In this document: positions 38,301 through 50,902 of the stretch, piece after piece
Layout: every line of letters starts with the position of its first letter
Position numbering within the stretch: position 1 is the first letter of the stretch
Assembly (NCBI RefSeq): GCF_030144855.1
Contig: NC_082707.1
Coordinates: forward strand, 13,330,001-13,394,000
Reading direction: 5' to 3'
From: Hypanus sabinus
Taxonomy: Eukaryota
DNA length: 64,000 nucleotides
Notes under the pieces: generated by a model
Database searches by the model: none
What the model saw: only the letters and a program-made list of their open reading frames with translations
What the model was told of the DNA's origin: nothing
Position numbers and translations under genes: made by a program

Positions 38301-41300
38301 AACTTCTTTGTAAAGAAATTTCCTCTTCCCGTCTCTTTTCAGATCTCTCCCTGCTTAGCTGTATCTGTGCCATCTAATTTTATATTCCGTACAGCTTGGG
38401 AAAACACTAATGCAGCCCACTTTGGCTATACCTTTCATGATTTCGTAGAGCTCGGTGAATTCACTCTTCATTTTCCAACACTAAAAGGTATGCAGATCCA
38501 AACCTTCCCTGTTACTCATGCTCACTGTCTACTTGCGCGCCACTATCAGCTAAATGTCAATTTTATATTAAGGAATAACTTTCCGACCGGCAGGCTCTGC
38601 CATTTACTGGACAGGTAATACCCTGGTCTGAATATCAAAATTGCAATAGCCACATTGAAAGGTGCCCACATTATAAATGATGAAGTACAATTCCGTACCT
38701 GCCACGGTTTAAAAGTTGAAAGACGTGCACAAGTTTTGTTCGGGAATGGCCCTTTGCCACTTTCACATGAAAGCATGTCGTGAAGCGCATGAGCAAACGC
38801 GTAGACTGCTTTATATACAATGTAAGAGTTCCCGTCCATGGTCAAGTCAGTATAGGAATTGTTGATTTGAAGAAGACTCTCATTTCCACTACACTTTGGG
38901 AGCCGGCCATTTGAACCGATTTCATTCGTCCCGTTATCGAAACTAGGAGTACACCCGAAGGTGGTCTCCCAGAACTCCACCAATAATGGATTACCGGGAA
39001 ATCGGGAAGGATGGATTGTGAGCAGGAAGTCCTGCACCCCTGGAATTTCCTGCGCACGCACAGCAGTTCCGATTGCCCCGGTAAGGAAGCTGCGACCACT
39101 ATCCACAACGACGAAGTCTGCTGTAATCCATGCCTCACTGCCCACCCACTGCACGCCGCTGAGGTTTTGCCGCAGAACCTCTGCAAATAAAATGCGCATT
39201 TCGCCAGGTCCGGCAAAGGCCACCACGACCTTTGTGGTCGCCTCCTTCATCACTTGCACTACCCTGGTTATCTTCTCCGGAGAGTCCGTTCTGTGAAATG
39301 ATTCGGAGAAGGCAATGCAAAGCCCAAATTCTTCAGCAGCTTTGACAAAAGCTCTCATTCCCGAGTTGCCATAGTCATCGTTGCTGCTAACGGTTCCAAT
39401 CCAAGTCCATCCAAATTTCTGAATGAGATGCACAAGTGCCTTGGACTGATGCTCGTCACTTGGAATAGTTCGCTGAAACGTTGGATATTCGTTCTTATCG
39501 TTGAGACATGCACACGTAGAAAAGTAGCTGACCTGCATTCAATCAGAATGTTGGGGTGTTGTTTAATGTGCGAGTGTGACTACGAAATACTTGACAATAA
39601 ATTGGAGGAAGAACGTTCAAACACTAGAAGGTATCAGTGATAAACCTAATTCACTGTTACTGTTAATTAAAAACAAGTTAGTTCCGTTTACGTCACAGTG
39701 ACCACTGTAAGTTTAAACCAGATCTTACCAGTGGTATTCTGAAAGAGCCAGTTGTTCTTGCCACGGCGATGGACACCGAGGACTCAGCGCCACCAACGAT
39801 TCCGGAGATTCTGAGAGGCCCCTCACACACTTTATCGACGTATGTTTCCTCCTGCCCATTCACCAGAGCCAGAGCAACCTTTGTCGCAATCTTGGGGGAA
39901 CCGCAGTCATCGTAAATCCTGTAACCCAGTGTGATGTTCGGAAGAAGACTCTCGTCTCTGTTTATTTCCTCAATTGTAAAAATCATGGTCTGTAAGAAGC
40001 GGAATCCCCTTAAATCAAAACTGAAAATCACCACAGGTTGGATTTGGAACTGGAATTGGTTTACTATATACCAAAATGGAATCAGAGTGATCTTTTCATT
40101 TCAATAAAGGTTTTAAACTCTCGTCTATCAATAAATAAAACCGATTAATTAAAACCCACTAGTGTGTTGTAGATCATTTCTGGAAAGATTTCCATGCCGT
40201 GTTTTAATAATGCAAAACGAGCCAGGCCCCCGATTAACTATTGTATACAAATGCAAGCACGCCAGTCATAATGAATCGGGATGGCAAACAAGAGGTTTTA
40301 TTTTGCTCCTTTTATTTGGAATGTTAGACCTTGCACCACCCGTTGTCAATACAGTAGCTCAGAGGGTAATTGTGCCTTTATCCCACCCGCTCACACTCAT
40401 TTTTTGTTTCATCTGAATCTGAGATAGAGCGAAGTTACCGTCTGAGTCTCCGACTTTTGATACAACAGAAGTTAACGTATCAGTGAACCTGTCGGTGTTC
40501 ATTTGAGGTCAGGTAAATGTCAGAATAGTAAGTCTATCCCTTGAAGACTTTATTTATTTAGATGTTTCGAATTGCTAAATTATTATTGATACACTGCTAC
40601 ATCTGCAGATAATGGTGCCCTTTATTTTTGACTTAATTGACAATATTCAGGTTTCGTCATGTGAACACCTCGTTCAATAACGCAATCGCCAAAGCATCTT
40701 AATCTATAATTACCGGCTAAGTAATTAGGTACACCTGCACAGCGGCTCGATAATGCCTATCACCTGGCAGCGATTCAACGCATAAAAGAATGCAGACATT
40801 GTCAAGTGGTTTAGTTGTGTTCAAGCCAAATATCAAAATGGGGAAAAATGTCAACTAAGTGACTTTGACAGTGTGATCTCCCATTTCATGCAAAAAAAAC
40901 ACTGGATAGTTTACTGTGAACTGTGCGATGAACAAAAAAAAAAATCTTGTGCGCGGCAGTCCTGTAGGCAAAAGCACGTTGCTGATGAGAGAACATAGAG
41001 GAGAATGGCCAGATTTGTACAAGTTGACAGGAAGGCGAGGGTAACTCAGATAACCAATCGTTACGACAGTGCTGTGCAGATGCGTATCTATGAACTCACA
41101 ACACTTCAAACCTGAAACCTGGGCCACGGCAGCAGAAGACCTCAGTGTCCATTTTAATCGTTCCAGATTGTACGTAATAGTGTGGCCACTGAATAGATTG
41201 GTAACATCACTAACATTAAAGGACATGTATTTTCTTATCTCCGCCGATAGCTCGCAAAGTAAGACGCATGGTACGGATTTCCCCATGTGCATTTACCTCG

Positions 41301-41633
41301 GAGATCAGTGAACAAAGAATAAAACTTCTCTGTAAAATTTCATCGTGAGTTTCTTCAGCAAAGAATAATACAGTGCGGTTAATCAAAGCCACAACCGGTC
41401 ATGTAATTAACTAACCTTTTACATATAGTTTCTTCTGTTCTTTTGGTGAATATATTTATCGGCTGGAGACTGTTTAAGTGCACAGTAAATATTCCCCCAA
41501 GTACAACGTCACCATCCTTAGAAATGTTGGCAAGTTGGATTCTTTCCCGAAGCCTGCAGTTTAACGTATCTGAATCCAGTGGAAGAGCCGACCCCACGAG
41601 TACTCCGAAAACAAAGTGAAACATTGCAGTCAT
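34433..41633 (-). CDS. V2R/OlfC class C GPCR gene B, six coding exons, 869 aa, apparently intact
   Basis: Exons 41633-41416, 40020-39729, 39532-38699, 38125-37898, 35564-35441, 35346-34433 (218+292+834+228+124+914=2610 nt); all GT-AG and in frame; signal peptide, VFT, Cys-rich domain, 7TM. Confidence 0.95.
35441..35564 (-). CDS. Gene B exon 5
   Basis: [16 protein letters not shown]...ICCFDC..CADGE|gtaag. Confidence 0.94.
36300..36890 (+). mobile_element. Old CR1-type 3' fragment in intron 4 of gene B
   Basis: [12 protein letters not shown]-like motif; ttcacacagagactggtaaatgactgg. Confidence 0.5.
37898..38125 (-). CDS. Gene B exon 4
   Basis: LLHYMKSI...FDEKGNP..YDIVNW...GGKRQ|gtatgg. Confidence 0.94.
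38699..39532 (-). CDS. Gene B exon 3
   Basis: [10 protein letters not shown]...RTIPSD..FGWTWIG...DDYG...SEAW...PWQ|gtacgg. Confidence 0.95.
39729..40020 (-). CDS. Gene B exon 2
   Basis: [36 protein letters not shown]...IPL|gtaag. Confidence 0.94.
40706..41195 (+). mobile_element. Internally deleted Tc1-like DNA transposon in intron 1 of gene B
   Basis: Termini ...attaggtacacctg / ...taatagtgtggccactga; transposase N-terminal remnants (ATGGGGAAA...AGTGACTTTGAC; [19 protein letters not shown]). Confidence 0.65.
41416..41633 (-). CDS. Gene B coding exon 1
   Basis: [14 protein letters not shown]...[11 protein letters not shown]...ICK|gttag. Confidence 0.88.
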
Positions 41634-42859
41634 GAAGATGGCAACAATTCACTCTGGTCTTTTGGTGTACTAATGCCGATTCCAAACACGAATCCGACTT
41701 TAAATACGGAAGAGGATATTCTCAAAGGGAAACTGCACCTGCCAGGAAAAAAAACGAACATCGCTAGTGAATACAGCTGTTTTGTGACACTGAGATACAT
41801 CGTATGTGAGAGTTGCCAAGTGATCATTTAAGCTGGAAGGCAAATGCCGTCCTTGATGATAATTAAATGGAGTAAAAAATAACACATAACAAGAATTTAG
41901 CCTCACAACAATAGTGTTTTAAGAACATTGATTCGAACAACTCAAAAGAGTCTCTGTGTTGTTTCAACCTCAAAGGTCAATGTCAAAGTAAAATTTATTA
42001 TCAAACTACTTATATATTACCTATATAGCACCTCCAGATTACTGTTCTGCACGCACTAGAATCAGTACAATACAACTTATGAAAACCTACACATGAACAA
42101 ATACCGACACACTATCAATTTGCAAAAGAAGAAAATTTGTGCAAATAAAAACATAAGTTGTTTTTGAGTTCCGTAGATTAGGAACACGCTGAAGTGGCCT
42201 GAGAGGCCGTCTCGAATTCGAAAGCCTAAGATATCGAGGATCTGGAGACGGGCGGATCGAGGGTCGGTGTCACGGCAAAAGACTTACGTGTCGTCGAGGA
42301 GGCCGGAAGGTCTTTCGCTGTGAGCCCGAAGACCCGAACTCTTTGCGATGTTCGGGCACAAAGCTACTGAAAAAAATGAAGAAACGGACTCTTTAACATC
42401 ATAAACCAGAGGGTTGTTGTTCTCTCTCCCGCTCGCTGTGAAAATGGGGGACATCTCCCTCTTCCTTAATAGGGAGAGAGATAAGATGTGGTTTATCCAA
42501 TATCGGGTGAAATGCGATAGTGTTTGGGGTAACTGCAAAGTGAGTGTCTTTGCTATCGCCTAGCTCATGCTTGTGCTCTGTCGCGGGTGCGTTTTTTTGC
42601 TGGGGGGTGGATTGCTGTTCGCTGCCGCTTACGTCCGACTGGGGCAGCTGAGAGTGAGGACTTTGGGGTTCTCACGTTTAATTGTTATTCATTCTTTGGG
42701 GTACTTCTCTGTTTTAGTGGATGTTTGCGAAGAAAAATAATTCAAAATGTATATTTCTTCCTGGGTCTGGTCAAGTGGTATGGCATGTACACATGCCAAT
42801 TCGCCACTCTGTCCGCACCTCCAGTTAATCTTACTGGAAAAATGGTAAGCAACCCTGTG

Positions 42860-43862
42860 ACGTAAACAATCGGATGTGAAAACGCATTTCAAGGCCTTTT
42901 ACCCACATTTGTTCTTTACCTGTTCTTCTGAAGCAAAATTTTTACAAACGGCTCGTTGCGTTAGGAGCAGGCACTATAGCATTTGTAGCAGAAGAAGAAA
43001 CTGGAGGATAGCGGCATGTCCTTTCCCTGAGCCAAAATCTCTTTCCAACGGAAATTAGGTATTCCATCTTTGAAAGGGAGTGTCTGGCCATTAGGTCGGC
43101 CGTTGACAGCTTCCGGTGCTATTTACTTGGCAGGCAATTTGACCTTTACACAGATCACAGAGCGTTGACATGGAGACAGACAATGAATGACCGTCATTCC
43201 AGAGCGACGAAGTGGTACCTAGGGCTCCAAGCCTTCAGATTCCGTGTCCAGCATAAAGCAGGCAAATGAAATGTTACGACAGACCACCTGTGTCGACTGT
43301 TGAGCATTGTCGCCGCAGGAGAGAGAGTGGTAAGTTGACGGGGAGCACGGCAACCGCTTTCACACGACCATTCACTCATCAAAAAAAATTGCATTGGCAT
43401 TCAGTCGTCTTTGTGGTGTGTATAAGCACTTTATTGTCTTCCCCGGCATGTTCCGCATATGTCATGTGTATGCTGCATGTAATGTCGAATCACCTATTTA
43501 TTTTGTAAAGTGATTATAACTATATTGTAGGGTGCATCATATTCCAATGTGTAGTCTTAAGTAAACCGCTGGTAATTAACGATGGCATGCCCTTGAGCCT
43601 AAAAAGATGAGTTCTTCCCTCTCGGTATGAGAGAGGTAGGGGCTGTCAGGAGTTCATATTAGGCAAGAATAAGTACGGGGCTATTATTTTGTTTTCTGTT
43701 ACATATAATTTCGTAAATATTGTTTTGTTGTTTTTTTTTTCTTTACACGGTTTTCACTATTCTTGTAAGATTGATTTTCGACGCACCTAATAAAGACCGT
43801 TATATTAAAGTGCTAAGCGATTACAGCCATTTTATCTTTTGTTATTACCCCCGATTTTAACA
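42860..43862 (+). mobile_element. Gypsy remnant: RNase H directly followed by PPT and LTR (Gmr1-like order)
   Basis: RYSIFERECLAI..AVDSFRCYLLGRQFDLYTDHRALTW...KWYLGLQAFRFRVQHKAG; purine tract about 43318-43334; LTR-like segment with AATAAA ending TTAACA. Confidence 0.65.
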
Positions 43863-44894
43863 GTCTCCAACTCCATAAGACCATAATACCATACGATGGA
43901 AGCAGAGGTAGGCCATTCTCCCCATTGAATCCTCTCCTCCATTCAATCAAGGGCTGATCCAATTCTTCCAGTCATTCCGACTCCCCTGTCTTCACCCCTT
44001 ACCCTTTGATGCCCTGGCTAATCAATAACCTATCTATCTCTGCCTTAAATACACCCAGTGACTTGGCCACCACAGCCGCTCGTGGCAGCAAAACAGGATG
44101 ACCAGGTGAAATCAGAGTTATAGGTTTTGAGCCAGGTGTAACACGAGATGAGAGGAATGTTAGATGAGTGGTTCACAAGCAAATGGATGGCCTCGCAGTG
44201 GTCAGCACGATCATATGTGCAGAATGTGTGCACGCTCTGACCATTCTAGACCTGCAAGAGACACCCGTCAATGGTGGTGATGCAGAGGACCGTATAAGGT
44301 GGCTCAGTAGGGAGGCCAAGGTGTGCACAGAGAGAACTGTCCAGTAAGTTGCCTGCTTAGCCTACTGTCCGTGGAGAGGCTTCGACGTATGGAGAAGATG
44401 ATTTTTTTTTTGCTTTGTTCTGATTTTCCTTTAAGTCCTTGTCCGTGATATATCTTGGTGAAAACAAAGATCGGCTAACTAAGCCAGTTGTTTAATAAAC
44501 GACGTGACTGGGAAAACTACAGAGGAATCTAGCTAAGAAATATATTATGATCTATTGTTGAATGTGATAGCATGAGATATTTGCACTGTACATATCAGAC
44601 CAAATTAGTCGACTGAAAGAGAAAAAAATGTTCTGAATCCTGCAAATGGTTTTGTAAATCCACGTGCTAGTGAGACCAGAAAAAGAAAGATAATGAGGTG
44701 ACTAAGGGTATGTAACAGGAGGGTGGGATGCAGAATCGTGGTCTATTGGGTTTCTTTCCACGAACATATGGATCTTTACAGGTGGTTTGCACCTGAACTG
44801 TTGGGATTTATTTTTATTTCAGGATGGTTTTCTAGTAAAACTAATAGGGTTAAATGATAACTGCAGGGGATGGGAATAGATAGTGGAGTAATTA

Positions 44895-46790
44895 ACCATA
44901 CAACCATATAACAATTACAGCACGGAAACAGGCTATCTCGGCCCTTCTATTCCGTGCCGAACATTTACTCTCACCTCGTCCCACTGACCCACACTCAGCC
45001 CATAAACCTCCATTCTTTCCTGTCCATATACCTATCCAATTTTACTTTAAATGACAATGCCGAATCTGCCTCTACCACTTCTACCGAAAGCTCGTTCCAC
45101 ACCGCTACCTCTGAGTAAAGAAATTCCCCCTCGTGTTACTCTTAAACTTTTGCTCCCTAACTTTCAACTCATGTCCTCTTGTTTGAATCTCCCCCTATTC
45201 TCAATGGAAAAAGCCTATCCACGTCAACTCTATCTACACCCCTCATAATTTTAAGTACCTCTATCAAGTCCCCCCTCAACCTTCTACGCTTCGAAGAATA
45301 AAGACCTAACTTGTTCAATCTTTCCCTGCAACTTAGGTGCTGAAACCCAGGTAACAATCTAGTAAATCTTCTCTGTATTCTCTCTTTTTTGCTAACATCT
45401 TTCCTATAATTCGGTGACCTGAACTGTACACAATACTCCAAATTCGGCCTTACCAATGCCTTGTTCAATTTTAACATTACATACCAACTCCCATACTCAA
45501 TGCTCTGATTTATAAAGGCCAGCATACAAAAGCTTTCTTCACCACCCTATCCACATGAGATTCCACCTTCAGGGAACTATACACCATCATTCCTAGATCA
45601 CTCTGTTCTACTGCATTCTTCAATGCCCTGAAATTTACCATGTATGTCCTATTTGGATTATTCCCACCATAATGTAGCACCTCACACATCAGCATTAAAC
45701 TCCATCTGTCATCGTTCAGATCACTCTTCTAACTGGCCTAAATCTCTCTACAAACTTTGAAAACCTACTTCATTGTCCACAACGCCACCTACCTTAGTAT
45801 CATCTGCATACTTACTAATCCAATTTACATGACCTTCCACGCACAAATCCAGGTTGACTGTTCCTAATCAGACCCTGTCTATCCGGATAATTTTATATAG
45901 CATTTCTAATAATATTTTCCGTTAATTTACTCACCAGTGACGTCAAACCAGTAGGCCTATAATTGCTAGGTTTACACTTAAACCCTTTTTAAACAATGAA
46001 CCCACATGAGCAATATGCTAATTGTCCGACACCATCCCTGTTTCTAATGACATCTGAAATATTTCTGTCAGAGCCCCTGCTATTTCTATACTAACCTCCC
46101 ACAAGATCCCAGAAAATATTCTGTCAGGAACCGGAGATTTATCCACTTTTATATTCCTTAAAAGCGCCAGTACTTCCTCCTCTTTAATCGTCATAGTTTC
46201 CATAACTTTCCTACTTGTTTCCTTTGGCTTACAAAATTCAATATCCTTCTCCTTAGTGAATACCGAAGAAAGGAAATTGTTCAAAATCTCCCCCGTCTCT
46301 TTCGGCTCTGATTCTGTAAGGGACCAATTTTATCCCTCACTATCCTTTTGCCGTTAATATAACTGTAGAAACCCTTCGGATTTAGTTTCACCTTACTTGC
46401 CAAAGCAACCTCGTATCATCTTTCAGCTTTTCTAATTTATTTTTTAAGATTCTTCTTACATTGTTTATATTCCTCGAGCACCTCATTTACTCCAAGCTGC
46501 CTATATTTATTGTAGACATATCTCCTTTTCCTAACCAAGTTTCCAATATCCCTTGAAAACCATGGCTCTATCAAACTTTTAACCTTTCCTTTCAACCTAA
46601 CAGGAACATAAAGTTTCCGTACCCTCAAAATATCAACTTTAAATGACCGACATTTCTCTATTACATCCTTCCCATGAAACAAATTGTCCCAATCCACTCC
46701 TTCTAAATCCTTTCGCATCTCCTCAAAGTTAGCCTTTCTTCAATCAAAAATATCAACCCTGGGTCCAGTCCTATCCTTCTCCATACTTTA
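44895..46790 (-). mobile_element. CR1-type LINE ORF2 plus 3' UTR with internal deletions
   Basis: LVRPNLEYCVQF...RRLRGDLIEV; DKSPVPDRIF; DWDNLF...PWFSRDI. Confidence 0.88.
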
Positions 46791-46869
46791 AAGTGGAAAC
46801 CCTGAAGAATAAAGTTAAGAGAAAAGGTGAGGATATATAAGGCCCTTACAACATTAGACAAACGAACAA

Positions 46870-48110
46870 AAGTAAAACAAAATCTACATGAAATTCGCCC
46901 ACAGTGTTGTGCCGACCATGTAATCTACTCTAGAAAATGGCTAGAATTTCCCTAGCACATAGCCCTCTATTTTTCCTAATTCCGTTTACCTATCTAAGAG
47001 TCTCTTAAAAGACCCTATTGCAACAGCCTCTAACACCACCGGTGGCAGTGCGTTCAAGGCACCCACCATTCTCTGTGTGAAAAACCTACATCTGACATCC
47101 CCCGTGTATCTACTTCCAAGCACCTTAAAAATGTGTGTTAGCAATTTCGGTACTGAGAAAAGCCTCTGGCTATCCACACGATCAATGTCTCTCATTATCG
47201 CATAAACATGTATCAGGTCAGCTCTCAGTCTCCTTTGCTCTAAGGAGAAAAGGTCAAATTCACTCAACGTATTCTCATAAGGTATACTCTCTAATCCAGG
47301 CAACATCCTTCTGAATTTCTTTTGCACTCTTTCTACAGTATCCACACTCTTCCTGTAATGAGGTGACAGAAACTAAACAGAGTACTCCAAGTGGGGTGGA
47401 ACAATGATCTTATATAGCTCCAACATTACCTTACGGCTCTTCAACTCAGTCCCGATGCTGATGAATGTCAAAACACCAGGCACCCTCTTAACAAAAATTG
47501 TCAACCTGTGCAGCAGGTTTGAGTGCCCTATGGACACGGATCCCTTTAGCTCGCTGATCCTCCACACTGCAAGAGTCTTACCATGAATATTGTATTCTGT
47601 CTTCAATTTTGACCGACAAATAGGAACCACTTCATACTTATTTGAATTGAGCTCCATCTTCCACTTCTCAGCCCAGTTCTGCATCCTCGTAATGTCTCGC
47701 TGTCACCCATGGTAATCCTTCAGACTATCCACAATACAGCAAACTTTTTTTTGTCATTAACATACTTACTAATCAGCCTTTCAATTTCAATATCCAGGTC
47801 AGGATACGAAGCACAAAGAACAGTGGTTCCAAAACAGATTCTGCAGAATACTGCGGGTCTCTGTCTGACTTGCAGAATATGAACCATCTGTAAACGACGC
47901 TTTCCCTCCTGTGTACAAGTTGATTCTGGAACCACATAGCAAAGTCCAAGTGGATCCCATGCCTCCTTAATTTGTAAATATTTGCATGGGAAAACTTATC
48001 AAATGCCTTACTGAAATCCATATACACTACATCCACTGTTCAACATTCATCAGCGTGTTTTGTTAAATCCTCGAACTATTCTATTAAGCTCGTAAGGCAT
48101 GACCTGCAAA
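46870..48110 (-). mobile_element. CR1-type LINE RT plus 3' end
   Basis: DVVYMDFSKAFDK; QNWAEKWKME; FFTQRMVGALNALP. Confidence 0.85.
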
Positions 48111-48880
48111 GCCTCTCTCAATGTTCGCTTGGAATTGCTTTGTTAGCCATAGTTGTGTCATTTGGCTTTTAGACTATCTCATTCTCTTTGGGATGTATAC
48201 ATCCTTTTTCTTCCGAGTTGCTTCCATAAATTCCAGCCATTGCTACCCTGCTGTCATTCTTGTCAGTGTTCGTTCCCAATGAATACTAGCCAACTCCTAT
48301 TTCATGCTTCATTAATCCCTATGTAATGCAATGTAATACTGATATGTATGTCTTTGGGTTTTATCGAGCTGCAATTGATTTAATAACCTAATTTCGTCAA
48401 ATTTAGTAATTAGATGGCAGGTTTAGAGGAAGACAACTATAAAGTAGACCGAGAGAGTCCCTCATGTTTATTTTGAAAACGCCGGTTGTTTTCATTTTCC
48501 TTTCTTGATAGATAATGATTATAGTACGCTAGCTTCATCACATTTTGTAGGAATTACACTAATATTAAGTGTAGTTTATGGATATCCCAGCGAAGGTGGG
48601 GCCTTTACAGAACAGGCGGTTTGCACTTGAACTGGAGGGTGTCTATTATCCTGGCGGGAAGGTTTGCAATGCTGCACGGTGGGGATTAAACTGGAGTTGC
48701 AGAAGTATGGGAACCAGAGCGCCAGAACAGTTAGGAGAGAGGCAGTAGAGGTAAATGTTGGTAAGACCTCAGGCAAAGTTAGGAATCGAAAGGTTGGAGC
48801 ATACGGCAGAATTCTACCAGCATATTCTCTGTGGTGCTTTGGATTTCCAGCATCTGCGGACTTTCTCGTGTTTATGATTA

Positions 48881-49034
48881 GTCATAATCTGTCGCTTTGT
48901 GTTTTCGTCCAGAGTGATTACGATAATAAAACACTTCGGTGCAAAATTACAAAGCAGCAATCCAAATCCCGAGTCCCGGAAGGCAAATACTTCACTCCTA
49001 TTTCCCGTGAGGGCTCACGAAGGCCGGATTAAAC
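48881..49034 (-). pseudogene. Degenerate V2R fragment (end of TM6, TM7, C-tail)
   Basis: [46 protein letters not shown], with a stop and a deletion. Confidence 0.8.
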
Positions 49035-49810
49035 ATTAAAACTGACTGCTCCAGCTAAATAGACCACGTTTTGCCCTGTCCCTGTCTCGTGCTGATACTC
49101 CAGTCTCCATTGCCATCACTCTTTCCACGCGTCCAATCCATCCATCCACACACCAGCCTCATCATTCTCAGTTCCCTTTCCCTCCTACCTTTCCTTCATT
49201 TATTCCATGCTTCAGCATCTTATCCTGATAGATTCCATCATCCCCGTTAAAACTCCCACCTTACTCCTCCCAGCCTCTGACACCATTCCCACTCTCCACA
49301 ATTCCACCTGTCTTTCGCGCGTGAATCTGGTTAATCCTTCCCTTGATCCCTTTCTTATACTCTCACACAGGCTATCTTCCTTCTGTCTTTTTGGTTAGTA
49401 GCGGAAGCGACGCAACTGTACATTTCTCTCCCAGATCAGTTCGACTTCATGAGTTCATCTAGCAGTTTATCTGTTGATCTAAATTCGTCTGATAAATATT
49501 TACTAAAGCAATTCTAGGCGTGACGGATTGCAGTGAAAAGTTTAGATTGGCGAAGATGGAATTCAGCTCCTTGGAGCAAAGTAGATCAGGAAAAGTTCTG
49601 TAACAGCATATTATCATCTATGGTGGAGAAAAGGGAAGCTTACAGAGGCTACATACATCACCAAATGATTCTAGTTGAGACATGGGTTACTGATCTTGAC
49701 CAGGCAGAGAACTGGTGCATTCAATACTCAGACACGATTGTTATTGTCCTGTTATTGTCCTGAAACGGAATACATGAACATACAAATCAAAACAGTGGCA
49801 CACTTAACCG

Positions 49811-49816
49811 TTTATT
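49811..49816 (-). promoter_or_regulatory. Putative polyadenylation signal of gene C
   Basis: GAGTTAGT...TAATCAATAAACG, same block as in gene A. Confidence 0.6.
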
Positions 49817-49889
49817 GATTAAAATTGTCACTAACTCTCGCAAAGAAATTGATTGCATCCTGTGCAAAATTGTATTCATAGTAAACTAC

Positions 49890-50902
49890 TTATTTCCAAC
49901 TGCAAGTAAACGCGTCATTAAATTCAGAGTCAATTGTTGCAATCATAAACGCGTTATCAAACCACAAGACATATTGATGTATATCTTTTAAACATTCCGC
50001 TCTTCCTACTTTACCCATAATGTACTTCTTTGTGTTTTTTTCCGGAAAGATTACGATAATATAACACTTCGGTGCAAAAATGCAAAACAGCAATCCAAAA
50101 CTGGAGGCCAGGATGGCAAACACTTCAACCGCCACCGTGTATTTCCCAGGAGAACTCACAGAGGCCGGAATAAAAGTGACCCAAACCGCACAAAAAATGA
50201 GCATGCTGAACGTTATACATTTTGCCTCGTTGAAGTTATCTGGCAGCTTCCGTGCAAGAAAGGCCAAGACAAAAGAGATACACGATAACAGGGCGATATA
50301 TCCCGACGCCGAGTAGAAGGCTGCAGATGATCCTGTGTCACATTCTAAAATTATCGTCTCGCGGTAATATTTGATGTTGATCACTGGGAAAGGAGGCTCA
50401 ATGAGCAGCCAAAGCACACATATTAAACACTGCACGGCCGCCAAGACGAAGACACTTATCCTCTGTTGTCTGGGACCAAACCATTTCATCCAGTTATTGC
50501 TGGGATGATTTGCCTTAAATGCCGTCAGCACCAGGATCGTTTTAACCAGAACACACGAGATACACAGAACAAACGAGACACCAAATGCTGTGCGGCGTAA
50601 TACACAAGACCATACTGACGGTTTGCCAATGAATGTGACTGAGCACAAGAAACAGCAGCTTAACGCAAATAGAAGGAGGAAACTCAGCTCAGAATTGTTA
50701 GCTTTAACCAGAGGTGTGTCTCGATGTCGAAAGAAGATACCCGCTGTGAGACCAGATATGCACACTCCTACCAGAGAGATAATCGTTAATACCATGCCCA
50801 GGATTTCGTTAAACGACAAATACTCTATGTTCTTCGGGATGCATTGATCTTTCCGTTCGTTAGACCAAAACATCGGAGGACACTTGATGCATTCTGTAGA
50901 GT
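49890..50902 (-). CDS. Gene C exon 6 (7TM, extended C-tail)
   Basis: ttag|ACTCTACA: DSTECIKCP...PDNFNEAK...KVGRAECL...CSWK*. Confidence 0.94.
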
